Part shown: piece by piece, positions 21,601 to 28,600 of the stretch
Layout of the letters: the number at the start of each line of letters is the position of its first letter
Numbering within the stretch: position 1 is the stretch's first letter
Source of the DNA: an uncultured virus (IMG/VR IMGVR_UViG_3300002220_000147)
Lineage: Duplodnaviria; Heunggongvirae; Uroviricota; Caudoviricetes; Crassvirales
Strand: one strand, 5' to 3'
Virus record (IMG/VR): IMGVR_UViG_3300002220_000147
DNA length: 32,943 bases
Translations under genes and position numbers: made by a program
The notes under the pieces: generated by a model
Database searches by the model: none
Seen by the model: only the letters and a program-made list of their open reading frames with translations
What the model was told of the DNA's origin: nothing

Positions 21601-24600
21601 ATGAGAAACTTATCAGAGAAGATGCTGCTAATTCAGGATTATCTGAAGGACAGATAAGTATTCTTGTAGACCAGTATATGCAACCATACTATAATATGGA
21701 TATTGCAGACGGTTTAGGTATGATGTCATTTGATAGATACAGGCATTTCCTTATGGCTACAGGTGATTGGAATATGGATACTCAAGAGCCTGTATATCAG
21801 AAGATTATTAATGGTGAGCCATTAACAATTAAAGATGTTGCTGTATTTCCACCAATTAAACCACAGGGATTTGGCCCTAAAGCCTTTAAAATTCTGTTTG
21901 GTGAAAATGGCCCTGTAGAACAGGATATGTCAGATGAAAACTTTAAGTTAGCGTTTGAGAAATTATCTATTATACCACTAATCCCTACTACAACTCAAGG
22001 AAAACAGATAGGTGTACTAAGTGAATCAATGCAAATGTCAGGTGTTGATATAGCAATATATCAAACAGGCTTAAAAGACAATACTTCTAATGAAGAAGAC
22101 ATTGTTGATTTTAAAGGAGAGCCTATGTATATGAACAGTTTCAATCAGAATCTTAAATACTGGAAGATTCAATTGGATATTCATCCTGAGATTGAAGAGT
22201 CTGATACGGATGGTACTCAACAAAGAGTTGGTATATTTACTGACTTGTTTAGTGGTGGACAACCTGTTGATTTTGAAGGTGAGGAGAATTGGAATGAATT
22301 ATCTTTATCTGAAAAGGAAGAGTCCTCCCCATTATATAAACTTTATAATGAGTATTCAAATATCTATGAGGGCATTATAACTGATTCCAAAGAGAAGTTT
22401 CTAAAGGAGTCGGGAATAGTTTTATCTGAAGATGGTGAGTATATTATAAAAGACTATGAGAAATTCTCTAAAGTAATCAGGAAAGAGATTAGTAGTAGGA
22501 GATTACCTTCCAATATACTTAAAGCAGTTGTTGTTGATAAAGAAACAGGTAAGCTTAAATTTCCTATTGATGCACTACCTATAGCAGATAAGATTGAGAA
22601 TATGTTATTTGCTAAGGCAATGAACAATACTGTCAGAATTAAAAGAGCGGGTGCTTCTTATATCCAAACTTCTAATGCTTTATGGACAGATGCTAATACT
22701 GCAGAAGCTACTAAATTTGCCAAAAAACTTAACTTTATAAGGGAAGAGAATGGTAAGATTGTAGGGGCAGAAGTATATCTACCTAATTATATGAGAGATA
22801 TAATAGGTGATATTAATGATGCAGACTTAGATAAATTAATGAAAGAAAAGCCTGAATTATTCAGGTTAATGGGTTATAGGATTCCTACTCAGGGGCAGAA
22901 CTCTATGCTACCTTTGGTAGTTAAGGGCTTCTTACCTGCTGAAATGGGGGATACTGTAATTGTACCTTATGAGATTGTTGCTCAGTCAGGTGCTGACTTT
23001 GACATTGATAAATTACATATATTCAGACCTAACTTTATAAATCTTGATGGTAAGGTTACTTATGTAAATGATAGTATTACTGAAGATGATATTAAGAAGG
23101 ATATAGAGGTAATTAATAAACTTCTACCTACTTTGACAGCTATGCCGGGAGAGAAAATTTCTTCTGTAATAGAAGCTAATGCTGTATTGTCAATGATGGG
23201 TATTACTACTGAAGAGTTAATTAATGAGAAGGAAGAAATTGGTAGCCTTCTTAGGGGTAGATTATCCTTGATGAAGAAACAAAACAGACTTCTTGAAATT
23301 CAATTAGAACTTCTGTCACATCCTGCTGCTACAAGGAACTTGATTGTACCTAACGGTGCTGAATTTCTTAAAGAAGAAGCTGCATTTACTGAGTATCTTA
23401 AGGAATTAGGGAGAGCTGGTGCTATAGTTGATATTAGTAAAGTAACCAAAGAATCCTCTGACTTTAAGAATTGGTTACCTGTTTATACTAAGGAACAAAA
23501 TACTACTAAGCAGAGGAATCTTCTTAGTTACAGATTTGAACTTGAGACTGGTATGGCTTTTAAAGGAGGTAAAAAAGGGGTAGCAATTGCAGCCACTTAT
23601 GCTAAATTCCATAATCTTAGCCAGCAATCAGGGTTAACTCTGTCAGGAGTAATCAAGACCAAGACAACTCATATTGATGGTAAGAATGGCCCCGCAACAG
23701 CATATTCTGATAAGGGTACTCCCGTAGTACTTAAGTTTGAACATAACACTGTAGATAAGGAAGGTATTACTTTAGTTGCTCTTGGTAAGAAATTTGCCAA
23801 AGGTGGTAGACTTATATCTGAGCAATTTAATGAGCATTTAACTGCTAATGTGGATATTGCTAAAGACCCCTTTATCTTTAAACTCAACACCAATGGTATT
23901 ACTTCAAATGTAAAATACTTTATGATAGCAGTTGGAGCTAATCCTGAATTTGCTAATAGATTCTTAACTCAACCTATTATAGAGGAGTATATTGAAGAAA
24001 GGTTAAAGAATGAGTCAGTATCAGTAAATGCTACAAGAACTAATAAGGAGGAATCAGTATATGAGGGAGAGGATGCTATTCTAGAGAAATTGTACAGAAA
24101 GTATGGTGGTAAATCTTCTGATAATGTAGGTAAGGTGCTTGAGGATATTCATGGAAGGTCTGAAGGTAACATTACTATTCAGCAACTTAATGAAGGTATT
24201 CTTAAAGGTGCTTCAACTACCCAAGAAGACTCAGATAAAACATTTCAACTCAAAGTACTTGCTGACTTTAAAGCCTATTTAGAGTATGGTAAAGCATTCT
24301 CTGATGGGGTACAATCAGTTAAATCTGATACCAAGAGGCTCAAGAACCATTCTGAAACTGTTACATTATTAGATAACATTGAAGAGGTAGAAAAGGTTGG
24401 GTTATTCTCCGATATAAAAAAGGCTCTTAGTAGGGGCATCTTAAAAGGATTTACTAATGCTCACGCATCTTTTGTAAAGAACCTTTACAAACAGGTATTT
24501 TTAACTCAATCGAATGGTATTCAGGAGAAGATTTATAAAGCAATCAAAACTGATATTTCTATTGGTAGAGCCCAACTATCTGAGAAAGAGGTAGATAAGA

Positions 24601-25664
24601 TTAGACAATCTATTATGACCTACTTATTACAGGTAGCCGTTAGTAAAGCATTATATGGCACAAAAGGAGTTCCATTTACTTATGATATAGTAAAAGAGAA
24701 TCTTGTAGGTGAACAGAGTGTTCCTAGAATTACTCATAATTTCTCTAAAAGAAAGAATACTATTATAACTATATTTAGAGATTTCTTATATACAAGAGCT
24801 GGGGATACTGCTGAAAATGTAGATACTATTAAAGTGAATGGTAAGAAATTAGACCCTTCTACTGCTGACTTAATTGCTGACCAATTCTCTCAGGTTAATG
24901 AGGGGGATAGTGCAGTGTTTAATCAGTTATTGACTGTAACTGCAATGCAGACTGGTACAATGTATTCTCCAATCAACTTCCTGAAACATATGGATTCAGA
25001 AGCTGTTGGTAAAATACTTGCCCCAATCATTAAACAAGCATTAGAAAATCCTGTAGTGAATACATTTAATCTAAGTTCAGATACTTATGAAAACTTCTTA
25101 GATAATTTCTATAGAGCTAATCGTAAGAATACTAATCTTGTGCCTAGATTAAGAGGTATGAGACACGCTAAACTTAGTAGTGATGGTAATGTCCTCACCA
25201 TAGGTAAAGATAGTATGTATTATGGTAGAAGAATGCTTAGAAGAGTTGAAAAGTCTAAGGATAGTAAGGGTAATGTTAAATTTATTGATATACTTTACAA
25301 GTATGAGGGGTTTGCTGGAGAAGAGGCTATTTATGTTAAGACTAATGTAAAGAGTACATTCTTCCTTCAGGAATATCATAACGGTAGTCAATCAGTGGAT
25401 ATAACCAACATAGATAAGGCTAACTTCATATCAGATACTGATAGAAAGAATTTAGTAGATGCTTTTGTAAAGAAGGGGATGTCAGTTCCTGTATATGATG
25501 AAATTGTTCAACTAAAAGAAGCTGCTGCTGAACCTATAGCTGAGGAAACTTCATCTTATTATGGTAGAACAGAATCAGGCATTTCCGTAGAAAGTTTAAT
25601 ATCTGAAAAGGAATGGAAATCAATGAGTGAAGATGAGCAGAATAATTTTATCAAATGTAACTAA
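12636..25664 (+). CDS. giant virion polyprotein: membrane-active N-terminus, coiled coil, zincin protease domain, virion DNA-dependent RNA polymerase (phi14:2 gp66-like)
   Basis: GYRIPTQG...GADFDIDKL catalytic motif (DFDID at 22995-23009), upstream ADG and PIKP motifs; HEAFH (19005-19019) with downstream EELLAE; N-terminal hydrophobic helices and an EGIYEEGLQ motif. Confidence 0.9.
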   Translation: MSNIDLSQIIQNSTNELDPVTQQPTKGKSRYVPLNINARDYEFNKFPTENVGNYTQGERSSYDENLTPTQLRGLVNAPENSEAFLEDFRSQEQASLPAFGNASAKLLAKTGINVLGGLAGTVYGVGSAIAEGNITKLYDNAIINELDGWSKNLDKAMPVYKSSNYESDNLLENIVKNPIMFADVASDAISFTAGIMLTAYAAGAIAAPFKVANAVNKVSKFNKGARFLEEGVAGVESIDKASKTLLGANKIDDVLGNVRRIITGSAYEASVGANNTAQNMRAKAIPILDKELSDKYNLLAQEAIARHPNAAENPAIQSMIDAELKYIKSAYDSERSKRLLELEYNVQRAGMGDYVTNLAILGTSNAFQFSSTFGMRWSGARKTLSSGAAKFSKEVAEETGEKLLKATATNVPTTKVGKILSTAKTIVEKPFVEGIYEEGLQGASSTAMSDYYLRKYDSKNFGEARTYLESAYRALMQTYDPSNTQSWKEIGMGMIIGGLGAPGKGLMPGHLGINSDTQKREPLWTGGIKGSFDERKSRRDNVGRILSKYKDIGENTTIGMKAGYNNVVADMEAVRNQEESIKNNDKKAFLDNQDDRFFGFVKARESAGVGSTIDDEIDSMKEMTPKGFIETYSGDQSDLLSMTAKQQEEYKNSTIEALEKRLSAIRESMSLVNSIEPSDPINNYIPEIEDIKEQFAYLHSKGAFIDLRQDQLKNLLDTMTTGVIDGRTALQLEKDMALLGVDRNVVENLVSKRDKISKLEESLAVKEDELSSIRNTTNDRLKVQKQQKDKLDDELTSLRNELQQEKTKLTKFISKKGRSNREAVGGLTTPQARAEVKAAEKLDHDVVVEYGKKIEKLEKDIANREKAASTFNKSITKIQKKLDELDIEGKTTIEKIKSELDSYKKSYREELDKRHTISKEAANRRNVDFTFDNYNAYATEIIKVMEADEVFQKNAQKYYSTNPLEQDKIKEALIDMGRLENSRQEAIELLNFLKTKSGRDIAVTKLKRAMYKNYEKDFAINEEVKEEITELLKDPRYLTTGIPYSYLLNGKEVIGKIINHIESGTPLFVPNDKKDTVYEDKDKDGKVIESYTLISLQQILTLAKATNPEITENKVLDDAIFATKQEDAKLKKVGSINTDSGTFTLPGDVMEDSEGNEYFVVTKYTKEGAPYFVYYDINENGSIGPRTIPEQDQPDYKTLKLVSSEDKVFDGDLVDYEDSKGNKEIGILAYESPFLFEGEANDQSTYPKKLTFKPVAGTTSIVIEDRDTIKTLVDQAIEAKSSKETVVDSKTKNPIINYKGQDGSIEYRIKQAKKISKWRKSKTGKRYNKPYTLYFLPGENKFTTIELSPVAGKTLAEVEELARNGNLTSEDLTGLTGSREKVSNYDITDIEVLQDDFVSKSGERYVIFKKGDAIFAAKKIAKFYKIFTESNQVSNYGRNGEVNFAKITYYVDNSSEKELGETYDDTIKLSAQNPHLMFVAGREVEFTEVKLPSGNIFYENKRNPDGSLVVHANKSQQNWYNFLKTKFEGDPEKLKEFMDNHVLKVVVNNSEATAKYFEEDDAPKTGINSDGTISLPMSKEVYLKVVIVDKNTLEPITDENGNELFNSIHSPNFTNFDSTSPEAKAFYIEELNKLRALIIAKINENAEHSPTLLLPIVDVTTGRAVYEESVVTERGKERTRFNVKGRLVSENADSVSIPWDVITSQKDATDEAIGATVIINGKEYRFSKKSRSVGQIISAIVGANGKAIPVTLLTRNVNSEEATTIAALLKMVANGTNEFDGIPIIPESSQSVKDAQFYLKKFVKYGKNSGKNVDTQLYWDAKTKSIVIGKDSISLEEVNSEEGFNKLVSKLKERKILHVSKSFKGKPFNVSYTDKDGKVVKSLSFGHYNNYLFGDKDSKGNSTLRPVLQTDLAKQVDGVNPVVQVGMEYGDLHTSITDAPIFTKKTYAGAETKRTPSKKVDNTKDGVAGLDAGAPADLAAKFLEIQDELERFIEGTHTGTPVGTLSDVLKDTTEALAPTKTESVDTTMPASGNLSDFLGTKDEVVTGNEVSDEEATRLVALSNTTDIQFENIPQVREWFRKNLPNIPLEVVDKIIATAKGGAWGTFTGKAVRLYNLAEIGTAFHEAFHAVYRIGLTRSQQRMLINTIRKEKGKDISISDIEELLAEDFRNWMLTGKSEYSTPSPVKRTIFQAIQDFIDSIIDLFTGVKGFRNTIELYQNINSGAYSHIRAKTEELSKDNWKLRQITGLDVTETEDLITGLSVRVMSNLYSKYNSDFTEFLKNIGGLIVQELQDYKNSEWIPEGKKKRIEGVLTNNLAEVITSIKDHFNYIGLSIDMELGDDANSLIESVNDGEAIANRGQEYNDSIEVSNIRNMANEIKLLIHTLYERVPVREGVSAEKLNSVGLPTIVNFASTYNTLLETLNGTTNWDGANGIMTKLKKLATEKPEITLLINRLNKLTGDRGVVVKNKFRQAFSINRYGYKTYVIGEEGGKFINSSTSRNIDRLREQLDSEYKNSSLYKEALHEDAAKVNRKILSEITELKKMDKNSPAFKTRFSNLMRGLGFDNILDLNSLINNPILSDEVLITLSEENTFASTNLVSDLTVLKSGRFKKVLMNEALNRKNYFEPQHANPKNKIVHEYSLNNYYSSIVNVLNNAMNLPTAEDRIADVYNRLPQMRNLEGKSIWWTTVLNGLTDGSLDLSITFLEGMRENISGAEGKVTYDLSQTDLAKMHIEGMLIAGLHTFRRPSDKSLEPAIEGFGLEIKPDNTRLKQILIGYIKHDLKTTNNKGLQMLESIFSPQLVADIIANQGKLELISDKILTEFKKYLSDEATSIEKLLTELKLIHSKGNLFSEELTKVYKNTSDIIDAFVLNYFISRIEQHMMFLGDFTQFTQLFKRTSGPTGTGKTFSQDAHTVEMIQKGYIAQLSKMPLESRYNRLDLILQLTVPQREALGITDEMVLNLPVTINSTNISILKERTEKITERQREWYEKLIREDAANSGLSEGQISILVDQYMQPYYNMDIADGLGMMSFDRYRHFLMATGDWNMDTQEPVYQKIINGEPLTIKDVAVFPPIKPQGFGPKAFKILFGENGPVEQDMSDENFKLAFEKLSIIPLIPTTTQGKQIGVLSESMQMSGVDIAIYQTGLKDNTSNEEDIVDFKGEPMYMNSFNQNLKYWKIQLDIHPEIEESDTDGTQQRVGIFTDLFSGGQPVDFEGEENWNELSLSEKEESSPLYKLYNEYSNIYEGIITDSKEKFLKESGIVLSEDGEYIIKDYEKFSKVIRKEISSRRLPSNILKAVVVDKETGKLKFPIDALPIADKIENMLFAKAMNNTVRIKRAGASYIQTSNALWTDANTAEATKFAKKLNFIREENGKIVGAEVYLPNYMRDIIGDINDADLDKLMKEKPELFRLMGYRIPTQGQNSMLPLVVKGFLPAEMGDTVIVPYEIVAQSGADFDIDKLHIFRPNFINLDGKVTYVNDSITEDDIKKDIEVINKLLPTLTAMPGEKISSVIEANAVLSMMGITTEELINEKEEIGSLLRGRLSLMKKQNRLLEIQLELLSHPAATRNLIVPNGAEFLKEEAAFTEYLKELGRAGAIVDISKVTKESSDFKNWLPVYTKEQNTTKQRNLLSYRFELETGMAFKGGKKGVAIAATYAKFHNLSQQSGLTLSGVIKTKTTHIDGKNGPATAYSDKGTPVVLKFEHNTVDKEGITLVALGKKFAKGGRLISEQFNEHLTANVDIAKDPFIFKLNTNGITSNVKYFMIAVGANPEFANRFLTQPIIEEYIEERLKNESVSVNATRTNKEESVYEGEDAILEKLYRKYGGKSSDNVGKVLEDIHGRSEGNITIQQLNEGILKGASTTQEDSDKTFQLKVLADFKAYLEYGKAFSDGVQSVKSDTKRLKNHSETVTLLDNIEEVEKVGLFSDIKKALSRGILKGFTNAHASFVKNLYKQVFLTQSNGIQEKIYKAIKTDISIGRAQLSEKEVDKIRQSIMTYLLQVAVSKALYGTKGVPFTYDIVKENLVGEQSVPRITHNFSKRKNTIITIFRDFLYTRAGDTAENVDTIKVNGKKLDPSTADLIADQFSQVNEGDSAVFNQLLTVTAMQTGTMYSPINFLKHMDSEAVGKILAPIIKQALENPVVNTFNLSSDTYENFLDNFYRANRKNTNLVPRLRGMRHAKLSSDGNVLTIGKDSMYYGRRMLRRVEKSKDSKGNVKFIDILYKYEGFAGEEAIYVKTNVKSTFFLQEYHNGSQSVDITNIDKANFISDTDRKNLVDAFVKKGMSVPVYDEIVQLKEAAAEPIAEETSSYYGRTESGISVESLISEKEWKSMSEDEQNNFIKCN

Positions 25665-25669
25665 GTATT

Positions 25670-28600
25670 ATGGCAAATTGTGTAAATAAATCATTACCGG
25701 AATTTAAAAATTTAGCTGCTGAATCTGGTATTAATCCTTTAGTATTAGCAGTTAAAATAGGAGTATGGCAAGAAAGTAATGGGCTAGATAACTGGCCCAC
25801 TCTTGCTGATTTAGGTGTTGGTAATAAAGAAGAAATAACTCAAGACTCTAATAGTTTTTATAGAGGACAAATAGAACAACCTACTATAGATAAAAATGGT
25901 AACCTTATCTTACATGGTAAAAAAGATTCTTTATATACTAAAGCAGGATTAAAAGATACTGGTGTATCAATGACAGATGATTTACAATCCGCTATAGAGT
26001 ACGGTAATGGGCAATTAGAAGTAACTAAAAATTTAGCATCTGAAACTTATGATGCAGAGCAAGAATTAGAAACTCTTAGTCAAAATGGGTATTGGTTAAT
26101 TCAAATACCTAAGAACATTTCTAATGAAGTAGTTAAAGAGGCTGGAGAAGTTAAAGTTATAGGTGATAAAATTATAGTACCTAAAGGTAAATACAAAGTA
26201 GAACAAGTATCTGATTTTTTACAAAAGGGTAATTCTACAACAGAAGCACCAATTAAAGAATTAGAATCTAAACTAATGTCTTTTCTTAATAAGATTGGTG
26301 TTAAAGTAGAAACTTTAGGAGAAGGTGATTTTGTTGCTAAGGCTAAGTTACTTGAGAAGATAATTCAAGTGGTACAAGGTAAGGCTGATATTACCACCTT
26401 ACCTGAAGAGGCTAGTCACATTTTTGTAGCAATTCTTAAGGCTAATGGTGTAGTATATCAGAAACTTGTTGCTGATATTGAATCTAACCCAATCTATAAT
26501 GATGTATTTGAAGAGTATAAGAATATTTATGTACTACCTAATGGTAATCCTGATATAGATAGAATTAAAGAAGAAGCTGTGGGTAAACTTATAGCCAAAA
26601 ATATCGTGTCCTTATACAAATCAGGATTGGTAGCCAATGAAGGTAAACCTAAATCTTGGTTAGAGAAAGGCTGGGATATGATTAAAGCTGTAATTAAAAG
26701 GGGACTTAACTCTATTGGTATAACTAATTTTTCTCCTATGATAGCTTCTGTTGAAGGTAAAACTGTTGATATTTATCAGCAGACAGCTTCACGTATTCTT
26801 AAGGGAGATTTAAAGGGGTTGAACTTATCTTTACCTTTGGATAACTATGAGATGTTACAGAAAACTAACGCTAGTCAATCTGATGTAGTTAATTCAATTA
26901 GAGCAATTCAAAATAGGATTGAAGTTGGTTCTGAAAAATTAGATAGTGGAGAAAATAGACACTTCTATTTTATTGATAAGGCTACTGATAGGGAGCGTAA
27001 AGTTTATGGAACTCCTTCAATGATAGCTAGTCAAGATAGTAGGAAAAGAAGTAAATATTCTCGTAAGTTTATCTCCCAAGATACTCTTACTGCGTGGGAT
27101 AAAGCTGCTAAGAGAGGTACTACTGTTCATGGGTGGGTGCAGGATATTGTTGAAAACTATGTTAGTTCTAATAAGGTTATATCTACAGCTACTTATAAGA
27201 AATTATCCCCAAAAGAAAGAGTGCTTTATGATGGAGTAAGGGCTAAAGTAGAAGCTCTTATTGATTCCATTAAAAGAGAAGACCCTACTGCTATATTTAT
27301 GCCAGAGATGGCTATCTATGACCCAACATACAAATGGACAGATGATTATGGCAAGTCTCAAACAGGTATTGCCGGGTCTATAGACCTGCTTGTTGTTCAC
27401 GGTGATGGTACTGTAAGTATTTATGACTGGAAAACTACTTCTAAGGGTAAAGGATTGGATGCTATAAGTATATGGAAAGCCTTTGAATATAATACTCAGG
27501 TATCTCTGTATAAGAGAATGCTTATGGATGGTAATTCTTATATGGGTGTTCCTAAAGTAAAGGGTATTAGAAAAAGTAGACTAGTACAAATTAGTACAGA
27601 ATCTGATGCTGAGGGTAAACTTAGTAAAGTAGAACTTATAGGTGAAATTCCTGTTGCAGGTGAATCTACTGGTAATACTAAACTTGATTCTAAATTAGAG
27701 GGTTTATATAATAAGTTTTATAAATTACTTAAAGCAAAACCACCTAAAGATGCTGCTGAAAGGAAGGCTTATTATGCTAGGATAGATTCAATAAAAGATA
27801 CTATTATAAACCTACACCTTAGAAAGGGGTACGCCACTATCATTGATAATGCCACTATTGACCTTGAGTATGTAAATAAAATTCTTAACAAAGAGGATGT
27901 TTCCATAGAAGACTTAACTACCGCTAAAGAAGTAACTAATTTGTATGGAGATATTATGGAATTTATAGATGACTCTGGGCTTACTAAGGAGAATGAGGCT
28001 GCATTAGCTTTTATTCAAAGAAAATCTATTAAAGCAGCCAAAACCATTAATGAAAAGATAATGCTTATACAGCAGGCTGAAGCAAGTAACTATGGAATAT
28101 CTGTTCCATTAGATGCTATAAGCAGGCAAGTAGGATTTTTAGAAAAGAATTTTAGGTCTATTAGTACTGTTAATCACCCAATGATTGCTTATCTATATGA
28201 AAAAGTTAAAAGGGCTTTATATGTATCTGAACAAGAGAATAATACTTTACGTGCAGAAATTATACAGCAACGTGAGGAGGTAAAAAAATGGGCAAGCTCT
28301 CATGGATTATCTTTGCAGGAAGCTATTGATAAAATCATTAATAAAAAGACAGGTAATTTAATTGGAGTAGTTAAGGCTGATTATTTTACTAAACAAAGAG
28401 AGGCTAGAGCAGCTAAGAATTTGGCTTGGTTTAAAGAGAATGTTACCTTAGATGTAGATTTATATAATAAAGAATTAAAAGCCTTTGCTGATGGATTAAA
28501 TTCAGGTAAACCTCTTAGTAGAAATCCTGCTAAGAATAAAGAAATGCAGGAACAACTAGTTGCTGAATTTAAAGCTCTTGAAAGTAACCTTATGGAGTCC

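Noticed and set aside
25650..25690. Split intein or readthrough between the two giant ORFs
   Set aside because: The ORFs are in different frames, I saw no slippery site, and the Cys/Asn arrangement does not match intein ends.
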